Of a stretch of DNA of 64,000 nt, positions 1 to 9,603 are shown one piece after another. The DNA is from Occultella glacieicola (GTDB taxonomy: Bacteria; Actinomycetota; Actinomycetes; Actinomycetales; Beutenbergiaceae): contig NZ_SMNA01000007.1 in the NCBI RefSeq assembly GCF_004353825.1, forward strand, positions 248,001 through 312,000, written 5' to 3'. Within the stretch, counting starts at the first letter, position 1. Each line of letters opens with the position of its first letter. The translations under genes and the position numbers were made by a program. The notes beneath the pieces are model-generated. The model was given only the letters and a program-made list of their open reading frames with translations, was not told the origin of the DNA and made no database searches.

Positions 1-1011
1 GAGAAGGCCGGCGTGCTGTTCGGCACCCCGATCGAACGGCTGCGCCGGATGAACGAGCCGGCGTACCAGTTCTACCTGGACCGCAACCCGTACGTGGACC
101 TCGAGACGGAGATGCTCGAGGTCGACGTGTGCGCCCAGCACAACAACGGCGGCCTGGTCGTGGACGCCTGGTGGCAGTCCAACGTGGCCGGCTTCTTCCC
201 CGTCGGTGAGGCCGGCGGCGCACACGGCGTCTACCGCCCGGGCGGGGCCGCCCTGAACAGCGGGCAGGTGGGTGCCACCCGCGCCGCCCAGTTCATCGCG
301 GCCCGGCGTACCGCTGCGCCGGTCGGGGTCGCGGAGTTCACCGCCGCCGCCGAGCCGGTGCTCGCCGACGCCCTCGCGCTGATCGCGGGAGCCAGCGAGC
401 GTGCCGCGTCCGGCACCCCGGACAACACCGGCGACCTGCTACGCGAGGTCGCCGAGCTCATGAGTGCCAAGGCCGGCCCGGTCCGCTCGGCCGCCTCCAT
501 CGACGAGGCGCTGGTCCAGGTGCACGCCTGGCTGAGCTCCTACGACGAGCTGATCAGCGCGGACGCCACCTCCCGACGGTCCGTGAACCGCACGTTCCTG
601 GTCCGGGACATCCTCACGACGGCGTACGTGTACCTGTCCGCGATGGCCGACTACGTCGCGCACGGCGGCCGTTCGCGCGGCTCGGTCCTGTACACCGACC
701 CCGACGGCGGTCTACCGCTGGTCGGTCACGGCGAGTCGGCCGATCAGGAACTGGACCTTCCGGAGATCTTCAGGTTCACCCTCGACGGCGGAGCCCTGGA
801 CCCCGAGATCCAGGAGTCGGCGTGGGCTCGCCCGGGCGAGGGCGACGACGGTGCAGGGCTGGCCGGGTGGGTCGGTCCGGTCCCGCGGGAGGCCGCCGAC
901 CCGGCCGGCCGGCCGCTGTTCCGGTGGCGGCCGGTGCGACCGATCCCGTCCGGTGACGACTTCTTCGAGAACGTCTGGCGCCAGTTCCGCGAGGACGGCA
1001 ACATCCACTGA
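1..1011 (+). CDS. FAD-binding oxidoreductase, succinate dehydrogenase/fumarate reductase flavoprotein-like; 5'-truncated by window edge
   Basis: C-terminal flavoprotein motifs AQHNNGGLVVD, GFFPVGEAGG, RPGGAALNSGQVG and RSRGS; frame open from window start. Confidence 0.75.
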   Translation, partial: EKAGVLFGTPIERLRRMNEPAYQFYLDRNPYVDLETEMLEVDVCAQHNNGGLVVDAWWQSNVAGFFPVGEAGGAHGVYRPGGAALNSGQVGATRAAQFIAARRTAAPVGVAEFTAAAEPVLADALALIAGASERAASGTPDNTGDLLREVAELMSAKAGPVRSAASIDEALVQVHAWLSSYDELISADATSRRSVNRTFLVRDILTTAYVYLSAMADYVAHGGRSRGSVLYTDPDGGLPLVGHGESADQELDLPEIFRFTLDGGALDPEIQESAWARPGEGDDGAGLAGWVGPVPREAADPAGRPLFRWRPVRPIPSGDDFFENVWRQFREDGNIH

Positions 1012-1033
1012 CGCACTAGACCGAGGGGTGCGG

Positions 1034-2479
1034 TCAGCCGACGTCCCACGCGGAGAGCGTCGGACCGCCCGACTGGCTCAGGGTGTAGTAGCGATCGCCG
1101 TCCAAGGCGAGCGGGATCGTGTTGCCGTTGGTCCGGAGTTCCCAGGCCAGGTCCCCGGTGCGGACGTCGATACCGACGAGCGACTCGCCGGTCCCGGCGA
1201 ACCCGGCCAGGACCTGTCCGTCGGCGAAGGTGGGGACGAACCCGGCCTCCGGGCTCAGCGACCACAGCTCGGCACCGGTGTGCTCTTCCACCCCCACAAT
1301 GCCGGGGCCATTGGTGGCGACGACGATGCCGTCGACGCGGGCCATGACCCACTCGTCGGGTCGGCTCCAGAGTTGTGCACCGGACGCGGCGTCGGTAGCG
1401 ACCAACTCCGTCGGCCCGAACGCCCCCGTTGGTCGGGTCGTCTCGAGCGAGCGGATCGCCACTGCGGAGCGCGGGTCGTCATCGATCTGGAGGTACTCCT
1501 GACCCGGGGCGAGCGGGATCGGGTCCCGGTCGGGGGAGTACACGAGCACCCCATCAGGGTCCCGCGCCACCAGCCAGCGTGCGCCGAGCCAGCCCGGCTC
1601 CGCCCGCGAGAGGTCCTCGACGAGCGCCCCCGTCGTCGAGTCGAGGACATGACCCTGCCCCTGCACCATCGCCGAGCCGGACGGACCGTCGGTCTCGCGG
1701 GCCACCGACACGAACACCTCGGACCCGAAGACGGCGATCGCCGGTTGCCACTCGCCGATGCCCGGTTCCAGGCCGACGGTCCAGGTGGGCTGTGTGGCCC
1801 AGCCCGGGACGTCCGCCGGTGGGTCGGCCCTGCCGGCCGGAGCGACGCCCGAACCCTGCCTCCCGGCCAGCGCGGTGGCCGCGCCGGCGTACCGGGACAC
1901 CAGGTACTCATCGGGCGTCAGGGAGATCGTCACGATCGCGTCGCCGTCCGTGATCGCCGACGCGACCCCGGGCAGGCCGGCGACGCCGACCGCGCCGGTC
2001 CGTGGGTCGATCAGCAGGATCTCGGTGCTCTGCCCGACACCGGAGACGCACAGCAGGCGGGCGCCGTCGTCGGTGCACCGGGGACCGTTCGCGCTGACCG
2101 TCCAGCGGTCCGCCCCGGTCTCCCGATCGATACCGAGGATCTGCTGGTCGGCCACCACCGCCACCCGTTCGGGCAGGAGCCGGAACTCGGAGCCTGCGGC
2201 GCTCATCGGCACGTCCCGGACCCAGGCCAGCCGTGGCGCCTCGGAGAGATTGGCGACGAGTCCCCAACCCGGGGGGACCGGTACCGGCGGTGCGATCAGC
2301 ACGCCGACGATCACGAGCGCGAGGGCGCCGGCCAGCCAGGGCGTGATCAGGGGCAGACTGCCACGGCGCCGACTCGCACCAGACCTGCCGGGCTCACGCT
2401 CGGCCGGCCCCGACGCGCCGTCGGGCTCCTCGTCCTCGAACGTCAGCGTGAACTCCTCGCTCGCCGACCCTCGCCTCAT
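1034..2479 (-). CDS. Membrane-anchored PQQ-like beta-propeller repeat protein
   Basis: N-terminal TM helix, then repeated D-x-x-TG-x-x-x-W blades (IDRETGADRW, TDAASGAQLW, IDVRTGDLAW). Confidence 0.75.
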   Translation of the reverse strand: MRRGSASEEFTLTFEDEEPDGASGPAEREPGRSGASRRRGSLPLITPWLAGALALVIVGVLIAPPVPVPPGWGLVANLSEAPRLAWVRDVPMSAAGSEFRLLPERVAVVADQQILGIDRETGADRWTVSANGPRCTDDGARLLCVSGVGQSTEILLIDPRTGAVGVAGLPGVASAITDGDAIVTISLTPDEYLVSRYAGAATALAGRQGSGVAPAGRADPPADVPGWATQPTWTVGLEPGIGEWQPAIAVFGSEVFVSVARETDGPSGSAMVQGQGHVLDSTTGALVEDLSRAEPGWLGARWLVARDPDGVLVYSPDRDPIPLAPGQEYLQIDDDPRSAVAIRSLETTRPTGAFGPTELVATDAASGAQLWSRPDEWVMARVDGIVVATNGPGIVGVEEHTGAELWSLSPEAGFVPTFADGQVLAGFAGTGESLVGIDVRTGDLAWELRTNGNTIPLALDGDRYYTLSQSGGPTLSAWDVG

Positions 2480-2485
2480 CGGTGA

Positions 2486-2923
2486 TCAGCCCGCGGGCTG
2501 CAGGCGCGCGCCGCTCCGCAGGAACGACCAGGCACCGCTGCGGGTGTCGATGGACACCGTGCTCCCGTCCTGCGATCTCACACAGGTGACCACCCCGTCG
2601 CCCGGATCCGTGCAGGCCACGGCGCCCGACCAGCCGAGGTCGTCGAGGGCACCCACAAGCGGGCCGTACCGCACGGTCTGTAGCGGATCGTCCGCCAGCA
2701 CCGAGATCTGCAGCGACGGCACGGGCTCGGCGAACGCCATGGCGGCGGCCCGGGGCAAGAGCGTCGGGGCGGTGAGCATGCCCACCACGATCAAGGCCAG
2801 CCCCGCGGCGACCCAGCCGCCCGGGTGCCCGGCCCGGCCGGGACCGCGGCCGGACGGGCCGGCCGGCGTGCCGTCGTCGGCCCCACCGACGGTGAACTCG
2901 TCGGCGACGGGCGTCCTCGGCAT
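2486..2923 (-). CDS. Short membrane protein, paralogous to the flanking beta-propeller genes
   Basis: MPRTPVADEFTV start, TM helix WVAAGLALIVVGMLTAP, Cys pair and one IDTRSGAW blade. Confidence 0.55.
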   Translation of the reverse strand: MPRTPVADEFTVGGADDGTPAGPSGRGPGRAGHPGGWVAAGLALIVVGMLTAPTLLPRAAAMAFAEPVPSLQISVLADDPLQTVRYGPLVGALDDLGWSGAVACTDPGDGVVTCVRSQDGSTVSIDTRSGAWSFLRSGARLQPAG

Positions 2924-2945
2924 GGCGTCATTGTGCCGCATCGGC

Positions 2946-4295
2946 TCACTCGAAGCGCCACAGGGTGAGCGAGGTGTTGGTCAGCAGAGCCAACCGGTCG
3001 CCGACCGGTTCGACGTCGAGCGGGTAGTCGCCGACGGTGGGCACCTGCCAGCGCAGCGACCCGGTGGCGGTGTCGAGGCCCGCGAGCGAGGTGTCCCCGC
3101 GGGCATCGACGGTGCCGATCAGCACCGTGTCGTCGGCACCGACGCAGGCACACCAGGCCAGTTCCGTGCCGTCGCCGGCCGGTGCGCTCCAGAGCCGTGC
3201 GCCGGTCTGCTCGACGAGCCCGAACAGTCCGGTCTCGGAGTAGACGAGCACCCGCCCGTCGAGCCGCGCGAACGGGTACGGATACGGCGGTTCCGACACC
3301 GACCAGAGGGGCTCACCGGTGGCCCGGGTCATGGCGTCGAGCTCACCGTCGCTCACCTCGAACACCACGTCGGAGCCCGGGTCGTCGTCCACGGGCAGGG
3401 TCACGCCGTTCGAGGGGAGGTGGACGTCGTCGACGTCCCGGTCTCCGGTCGTCGAGACCTGCCGGCCGCCGGCGTCACCGGCCGCCAGGGCGACGATCAC
3501 CCCGGGCAACTCGTAAACGAAGCCACGGTCGAGCCGCACCTCGCCGGTCTCGGCATCGAGCACGAACCCGGCGAACACCGAGACGAAGACCTCCCCGTCG
3601 ATCACCCGGAGCACCGGCGCGTAGGGCTCGCCCCGAAGCCCGGGGCCGATCAGGGTGCTCCACCGGGGCGGGGCGAGGGGGTCCGAGCCCTGCAGCCGGA
3701 CCAGCCGTTGACCGTCGGCGTCCTGCCGCAGCGCGATGATGTCCCCGCCGGTCTGGGTGACCAGGAGGGCACCCGGCATCGGGGTCCGGGAGACCGCGCC
3801 GTCGGTCGCGTCGATCCGCAGGATCGCCGCGTCGGGTCCCCGGCCGGCCCGGCACAGCAGTGGTTCGAACTGCCACGAGCAGGTCATCCCGGGCTCGGTG
3901 ACCTTCCAGAGCTCCTCGCCCTCGATCGCGTCGTACCCGGTGACCGTCGACCAGGTGCCCAGCACCACCCGGTCGTCGAAGACCGCCACCTGTGGCGTGT
4001 CGAGCCAGGAGGTGAGGTTCGGCATCGGCACGCTCCAGACCTCCTCGGGGGTCCGGGTCAGGTCCGCCTCGGCGACCACGCCCCACGCGGGCTGTGGTGG
4101 CGGGACGCTGAGCACCCCGGTCACGATGAGGGTGAGGGCCGCCGCGATCCAGGCAGGGGCCGAGGCGATCGTGACCTGGGCGGAGCCGGTCGGGGGGACC
4201 GAGGTGTCCCCGTCGGAGTCCGCGGGCGAATCACCCTCGATCGGAGCGTTCACGGCCTCGAGGGTGAACTCGTCGTAGTCGCCTGTGGCGCCCAT
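2946..4295 (-). CDS. Membrane-anchored PQQ-like beta-propeller repeat protein
   Basis: TM helix plus repeats YDAIEGEELW, LDAETGEV, TRATGEPLW, LDTATGSLRW. Confidence 0.75.
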   Translation of the reverse strand: MGATGDYDEFTLEAVNAPIEGDSPADSDGDTSVPPTGSAQVTIASAPAWIAAALTLIVTGVLSVPPPQPAWGVVAEADLTRTPEEVWSVPMPNLTSWLDTPQVAVFDDRVVLGTWSTVTGYDAIEGEELWKVTEPGMTCSWQFEPLLCRAGRGPDAAILRIDATDGAVSRTPMPGALLVTQTGGDIIALRQDADGQRLVRLQGSDPLAPPRWSTLIGPGLRGEPYAPVLRVIDGEVFVSVFAGFVLDAETGEVRLDRGFVYELPGVIVALAAGDAGGRQVSTTGDRDVDDVHLPSNGVTLPVDDDPGSDVVFEVSDGELDAMTRATGEPLWSVSEPPYPYPFARLDGRVLVYSETGLFGLVEQTGARLWSAPAGDGTELAWCACVGADDTVLIGTVDARGDTSLAGLDTATGSLRWQVPTVGDYPLDVEPVGDRLALLTNTSLTLWRFE

Positions 4296-4496
4296 ACTCG
4301 ATTGTCGTCCCGCGTGGCGCCGCCCGCTCGGTGGTTGACGCCACGGGGTGGTCCGGAGGTGCTGGCGGCGGAGGTCCGGGCACCGCCTGCCGTGTCGGCC
4401 TCGGCATGCGACACTGGAGGGGTGTCCGGCGCGATCAAGCGGTCACGCCAGGACGCCTGGAGGCGTCATCATGCACGATGAGCCCGAGGCGGCAGT

Positions 4497-5579
4497 ATGA
4501 GCAGTATCGCGATCGAGCGTCCGGTGACCGGCACGGTCCGGGACCGGCATGTGAGCGACTTCAAGGAACTCACCAAGCGGGTGCAGGAGGCCGGTCTCCT
4601 CAAGCGCAGTTACACCTACTACTGGTCGAAGATCATCGGCCTCACGTTCGGTGGGCTCGCCCTCGCGACGGCGTTCGTGCTGATCGGCAACAGTTGGTGG
4701 CAGATGGCGCTCGCCGTCGGCCTCGCCCTGTTGATGACCCAGGTCGCGTTCCTCGGGCACGACGCCGCGCACCGGCAGATCTTCGTCTCCGGCAAGTGGA
4801 ACGAGTGGATCTCCCTGATCCTGATCAACCTCTTCGTCGGCATGGGGCACGGCTGGTGGCAGCGCAAGCACACCAAGCACCATCAGGTCCCGAACAAGGT
4901 GGGCGCCGACCCGGACATCGGGGGCCGGGTGCTCGCATTCACCCCGGAGGGTTACGCGTCCCGCAAGAACCCGCTGACCCGGTGGCTCGCCACCCAGCAG
5001 GGCCGGTTCTTCTTCCCGCTGCTGCTGCTCGAGGGTGTGAACCTTCACGTGCAGGGCATCAAGGGCGTCCTCTCCAGGGGCAAGGTCAAGCGTCGCTGGG
5101 TCGAGTTGAGCTTCATCGCGTTCCGCCTCGGCAGTTACTTCGCACTCGTCTTCATCATCCTGCCGCCCGGCAAGGCCGCCGCGTTCATCGGCATCCAGCT
5201 CGCCGTGTTCGGCCTGTACATGGGCTCCTCGTTCGCGCCGAACCACATCGGGATGCCGCTCGTGCCGCCCACGGCCAAGATCGACTTCCTGCGCCGCCAG
5301 GTCCTGATGAGCCGCAACATCACCGGTGGCCGTGCGGTCGACACCTTCATGGGCGGTCTGAACTTCCAGGTCGAGCACCACCTGTTCCCCTCGATGTCCC
5401 GCCCGAACCTGCGCAAGGTCGCGCCGATCGTGAGGGCACACTGCGAAGCCCTCGGAGTGAAGTACACCGAGACCACGCTGATGCAGTCCTACCGGGTCGT
5501 GATCGCCTACCTGAACAGGGTCGGTCGCGGTGGCCTGGACGTGTGGGCGTGCCCGCTGGCGGCCCAGTACCGGGTGTAG
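4497..5579 (+). CDS. Membrane fatty acid (acyl-CoA) desaturase
   Basis: Three His boxes HDAAH, HTKHH, QVEHH and TM segments. Confidence 0.9.
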   Translation: MSSIAIERPVTGTVRDRHVSDFKELTKRVQEAGLLKRSYTYYWSKIIGLTFGGLALATAFVLIGNSWWQMALAVGLALLMTQVAFLGHDAAHRQIFVSGKWNEWISLILINLFVGMGHGWWQRKHTKHHQVPNKVGADPDIGGRVLAFTPEGYASRKNPLTRWLATQQGRFFFPLLLLEGVNLHVQGIKGVLSRGKVKRRWVELSFIAFRLGSYFALVFIILPPGKAAAFIGIQLAVFGLYMGSSFAPNHIGMPLVPPTAKIDFLRRQVLMSRNITGGRAVDTFMGGLNFQVEHHLFPSMSRPNLRKVAPIVRAHCEALGVKYTETTLMQSYRVVIAYLNRVGRGGLDVWACPLAAQYRV

Positions 5580-5581
5580 CA

Positions 5582-5626
5582 GGCATCGGAGCCGGTGCCT
5601 GCCCCGGCCTCGGCACCACCGATGCC
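5582..5626. terminator. Hairpin between convergent desaturase and fucosidase genes
   Basis: GGCATCGG...GGTGCC / GGCACC...CCGATGCC inverted repeat just after the desaturase stop. Confidence 0.45.
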
Positions 5627-5658
5627 CGACGGCGGGGGCCGGCCCGGTCCGGCCGGCG

Positions 5659-6948
5659 TCAGTTCGGCGGTGGCGTGGTCGGCGCGCGGTAGTCGGCCGG
5701 CAGGTCCGGCACCACGGCGCCGGCGGTGTCGTACCCCACGACCGCGGTGAGGTGACCCGTCGCGGACGCTGCGCCGTCGGCGTCCACGCGGATCAGCAGT
5801 TCGTGCACGCGGACCGGCTCGAAGACGTGCACCCTACGGATCCCGACCGTGCCCGCGGCGGCCAGCACCACGCCGTCGGGCGTGCGTACCTCGTGCCCAC
5901 GCACGTGCTGACCGCCGCTGAGGTCCTCGCGCAGCAGCAGGTGGTCGAGGCGCACCGGGCGCTCGAAGCGGGCTCGCACCGTGTCCCCGGACCCGGTCAG
6001 CGTGGCGGGGACCGGATCGTCGAACCGGCGGTCCCACTCGGCCCGCCAGGCGCACACCCGAGCCACGTCCTCGTCGGGGATGCGGCCACGCGCATCCGGC
6101 GGCAGGTTCAGCAGCAGGCCGGCGCCGAGGCCGATCGAGCGGTAGGCGATGGCGAGCAGGTGGTCCACCGACTTGGGCGACTCGGTGTCATGGTGGAACC
6201 AGCCGGGCCGGATCGAGACGTCGCACTCCGGTGGCAGGTACGCCGGTTCGGTGAGGGTGTCGGTGCCCTCGGTGTAGTTGTCCGCGTGGGTGCTCTCGAC
6301 CACATAGGTCACCGGATCGGTGGCCAGCCCGTCCTCATTGCCCACCCAGCGGATCGTCGGCCGGCCCATGTTGAACACCATGGCGCCCGGCTGCAGTTCG
6401 TCGATCAGGTCGCCGATCCGTGGCCAGTCGTAGGAGCGCCCCGCGGAGCCGGCCCCGTCGAACCAGAGCTCGAACAGGTCGCCGTAGTTCGAGCAGAGCT
6501 CACGGAGCTGGGCGAGGTAGAAGTCGTCGTACGCCGCGGGGTCGTCGTAGCAGGCAGCGTTGCGGTCCCAGGGGGACAGGTACAGCCCGAGGGCGAGCCC
6601 GCGACGGCGGCAGGCGGCGGCAACCTCGGCCACCAGGTCACCGTTCCCGTCCCGCCAGGGTGAGGAGGCCACCGAGTAGGTGGTGGTGGCGGTCGGCCAC
6701 AGGCAGAAACCGTCGTGGTGCTTGGCCGTCAGGACCGCGTAGCGCGCGCCGGCCTCGACCGCCGTGCGCACCCACTGGTCGACGTCCAGGTCGGCCGGGT
6801 CGAACGTGGCCGCCTCGAGGGTGCCGTCGCTCCACTCGCGGTCGTTGAAGGTGTTGATCCCGAAGTGCCAGAACACCCCGAGCCCGGCCTCCTGCCAGCG
6901 CAGTTGCGCCGGAGTGGGAACGGGCGTCGGGGTGTCGGAGCGGGTCAT
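5659..6948 (-). CDS. Alpha-L-fucosidase, GH29
   Basis: HFGINTF, LTAKHHDGFCLW, LYLSPWD, ELWFDGA, RWVGNE, ECDVSIRPGWF motifs. Confidence 0.9.
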   Translation of the reverse strand: MTRSDTPTPVPTPAQLRWQEAGLGVFWHFGINTFNDREWSDGTLEAATFDPADLDVDQWVRTAVEAGARYAVLTAKHHDGFCLWPTATTTYSVASSPWRDGNGDLVAEVAAACRRRGLALGLYLSPWDRNAACYDDPAAYDDFYLAQLRELCSNYGDLFELWFDGAGSAGRSYDWPRIGDLIDELQPGAMVFNMGRPTIRWVGNEDGLATDPVTYVVESTHADNYTEGTDTLTEPAYLPPECDVSIRPGWFHHDTESPKSVDHLLAIAYRSIGLGAGLLLNLPPDARGRIPDEDVARVCAWRAEWDRRFDDPVPATLTGSGDTVRARFERPVRLDHLLLREDLSGGQHVRGHEVRTPDGVVLAAAGTVGIRRVHVFEPVRVHELLIRVDADGAASATGHLTAVVGYDTAGAVVPDLPADYRAPTTPPPN

Positions 6949-7003
6949 GGCGCCATCCTTGCGGATCCGCGGGCTCGTGCGGACCGCTGCTGGGGTGGCC
7001 GGG

Positions 7004-7876
7004 CTACAGGTACGGCCGCACCAGCGTGTCGTACCGGGCCGCCATCGTGGCGATCGTCTCGTCGCCGGGGGCGTCCCAGATCTCCTGGTTGAAGATCTCG
7101 ACCTCCACGTCGCCGGCGTAGCCGGTCTCGGCGACCCAGGACGTGATGGTCGGGAAGTCGATGTACCCGTCGCCCATGAATCCGCGGGAGAGCAGGATGT
7201 CCTGGGCCAGCGGGAGCTGCCAGTCGCACACCTGGTAGGACGCGATCCGGCCGGAGGTGCCGGCCCTGACGATCTGCTCGCGCAGCTCGGGGTCCCACCA
7301 CACGTGGTAGGTGTCGATGACCACCCCGACCGTCTCGGCGGGGAACTGCTCGGCCAGGTCCAGGCACTGCTTCAACGTGGACAGCACGGCCCGGTCCGCC
7401 GCGAAGATCGGGTTCAGCGGCTCCAGGACGATCCGGACGTCGTGCTCGGCCGCGAACGGGGCCAGGTCGGCGACCCGGTCGGCCACCCGCTGCCGCGCCG
7501 CGACCAGGTCGCGGTCGCCGTCGGGCAGTGCCGGGCCCCCGGGCGCGCTCGCCGCCCCAAGACCGCCGACCACCATGACCAGCTCGCGGGTGCCCAACGT
7601 CGCGGCCTCGACGATCGCGGCCTTGTTGTCGTCCAGGGCGGCCGCCTTACCCGCCTCGTCCGCGGCGGTCAGGAACCCGCCACGGCACAGCGAGGAGACC
7701 CGCAGCCCGGCGTCGGCGACGATCCTCGCGGCGCTGGCCAGGCCGGCCTCGGCCACCCGGTCCCGCCAGAGCCCGACGGCCGGCAGCCCGGCCCGCACGG
7801 CGCCGTCGACGGCCTCGGCGAGGGTCCAGGCCTTCGTGGTGGCCGTGTTCAGGGAGAGCCGGCTCAGGTCCGCCAT
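7004..7876 (-). CDS. Sugar phosphate isomerase/epimerase (xylose-isomerase-like TIM barrel)
   Basis: LEPLNP, DTYHVWWD, QVCDW, GDGYID, EVEIFN metal-site motifs. Confidence 0.85.
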   Translation of the reverse strand: MADLSRLSLNTATTKAWTLAEAVDGAVRAGLPAVGLWRDRVAEAGLASAARIVADAGLRVSSLCRGGFLTAADEAGKAAALDDNKAAIVEAATLGTRELVMVVGGLGAASAPGGPALPDGDRDLVAARQRVADRVADLAPFAAEHDVRIVLEPLNPIFAADRAVLSTLKQCLDLAEQFPAETVGVVIDTYHVWWDPELREQIVRAGTSGRIASYQVCDWQLPLAQDILLSRGFMGDGYIDFPTITSWVAETGYAGDVEVEIFNQEIWDAPGDETIATMAARYDTLVRPYL

Positions 7877-9039
7877 CAGAGCTCGATCGGGGAGAGCTCG
7901 ATGCGGCGCCCCTGCGCGGAGGACGCCAGGCCGGCCTCGGCCAGCTGCACGCCTCGGGCGGCCGAGAGGAGGTCGTATCGGTGCTCACGACCGGCGACGG
8001 CGTCGCGCAGGAACTCCTCCCACTGCAGCTTGAAACCGTTGTCCAGGTCGTCGTTCGCGGGGACCTCGAGCCACTGGTCGCGGAACGGCTCGGTGACGGG
8101 CAGGTCCGGGTTCCAGACCGGCTTCGGGGTGTGCGCACGCTGCTGGGCGACGCACTTGCGCAGCCCCGCGACAGCGGATCCGTGGGTGCCGTCCACCTGG
8201 AACTCGACGAGCTCGTCGCGGTAGACGCGCACGGCCCAGGAGGAGTTGATCTGGGCGATGATCTCCTCACCGTTCGGGCCGGCGATCTCGAAGATGCCGT
8301 ACGCGGCGTCGTCGGCGGTGGCGTCGTACGCCTCGCCGCGCTCGTCCCAGCGGGTCGGGATGTGGGTCGCGGTCTTGGCGACCACCGACTTCACGGAGCC
8401 GAGGATGCCCTCGAGGACGTAGTTCCAGTGGCAGAACATGTCCGTGGTCATGCCGCCGCCGTCCTGGCTGCGGTAGTTCCAGGAGGGGCGCTGGGCGGCC
8501 TGGTGGTCACCCTCGAAGACCCAGTAGCCGAACTCCCCGCGCAGGGACAGGATGCGGCCGAAGAAGCCCTCGTCCACGAGCCGGCGCAGCTTCACCAGGC
8601 CCGGGAGGTACAGCTTGTCGTGGACGACGCCGGCGGTGACGCCGGTCTCGTTGCGGAGCCGGGCCAGCTGGATGGCCTCCTCGAGGGTCTCGGCGGTCGG
8701 CTTCTCGGTGAAGATGTGCTTGCCGTTGCGCATCGCCTGGGTCAGCGCGGCGTAGCGCCGGGAGGTGACCTGGGAGTCGAAGTAGACGTCGATGTCGTCG
8801 GCGTCGATGACCGCATCCTGGTCGGTGGTCCACTCGGCGATGTCGTGCTTCTCGGCGATCTCCCGGACCGCGTCCGCACGGCGTCCGACGAGGATCGGCT
8901 CGACCTGGACCTTCGTGCCGTCCTCGAGGACCACGCCGCCGGCCTCCCGGATCGGCAGGATCGAGCGGAGCAGGTGCTGGCGGTAGCCCATGCGGCCGGT
9001 GATGCCGTTCATGGCGATGCGGAGGGTGCGGGTCGTCAT
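7876..9039 (-). CDS. Gfo/Idh/MocA family NAD-dependent oxidoreductase
   Basis: MNGITGRMG Rossmann start, GKHIFTEKP, GGG..DMFCH. Confidence 0.9.
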   Translation of the reverse strand: MTTRTLRIAMNGITGRMGYRQHLLRSILPIREAGGVVLEDGTKVQVEPILVGRRADAVREIAEKHDIAEWTTDQDAVIDADDIDVYFDSQVTSRRYAALTQAMRNGKHIFTEKPTAETLEEAIQLARLRNETGVTAGVVHDKLYLPGLVKLRRLVDEGFFGRILSLRGEFGYWVFEGDHQAAQRPSWNYRSQDGGGMTTDMFCHWNYVLEGILGSVKSVVAKTATHIPTRWDERGEAYDATADDAAYGIFEIAGPNGEEIIAQINSSWAVRVYRDELVEFQVDGTHGSAVAGLRKCVAQQRAHTPKPVWNPDLPVTEPFRDQWLEVPANDDLDNGFKLQWEEFLRDAVAGREHRYDLLSAARGVQLAEAGLASSAQGRRIELSPIEL

Positions 9040-9089
9040 CGGGTCGTCGTCTCCTGGGATTCGGTGGGGGAGCGGGCACTCCCGTCCTT

Positions 9090-9103
9090 GGAATGCGCTT
9101 TCC
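9090..9103. promoter_or_regulatory. Putative LacI-family operator
   Basis: GGAATGCGCTTTCC near-palindrome with central CG, upstream of the Gfo operon; a similar site lies at 10635. Confidence 0.65.
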
Positions 9104-9278
9104 GTAGCGTACGTCCGGGGTTCGGCAACGTCAAGATCCGCATGCGACCACCCGCGAGGTGCCCACGGCTCGAGTCTCGACCGGCGGTCCCGACGACGCT
9201 TCCCGTTGTGGGCATGGCGGGATCACGTCATGCTTGGCTCGCTCTGCAGGACCAGCGGTGAACCCGGAGGACGATTCG

Positions 9279-9542
9279 ATGTCGGACATGTTCAACGACT
9301 TCAAGGACAAGGCGAGCGACGCACTGGAGAGTGCGAAGAGCAAGGTCGGCCCCGCCGTCGAGGGACTCACCGACAAGGCGGCCGACGTGTTCGGCGACGT
9401 CAAGGAGAAGGCCGGCGATGTCCTCGAGGACGTGAAGGGCAAGGCCGAGGACGTGATCGAGGACGTCAAGGACCGCTTCGACGGGGACGGCGACACCGAC
9501 TCGCCGGAGCCGCCCGGGACTCCGGGCCTGCCCCGGACGTGA
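9279..9542 (+). CDS. Small acidic amphipathic-repeat protein (CsbD/LEA-like)
   Basis: GGAGG RBS; 11-residue repeats DKAADVFGDVK/EKAGDVLEDVK/GKAEDVIEDVK. Confidence 0.75.
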   Translation: MSDMFNDFKDKASDALESAKSKVGPAVEGLTDKAADVFGDVKEKAGDVLEDVKGKAEDVIEDVKDRFDGDGDTDSPEPPGTPGLPRT

Positions 9543-9603
9543 CTCCCGACACCGACCGGCCGGCGCCGCCCGCCTGAACCGCGGACCCGGACGGGACCGC
9601 GGG

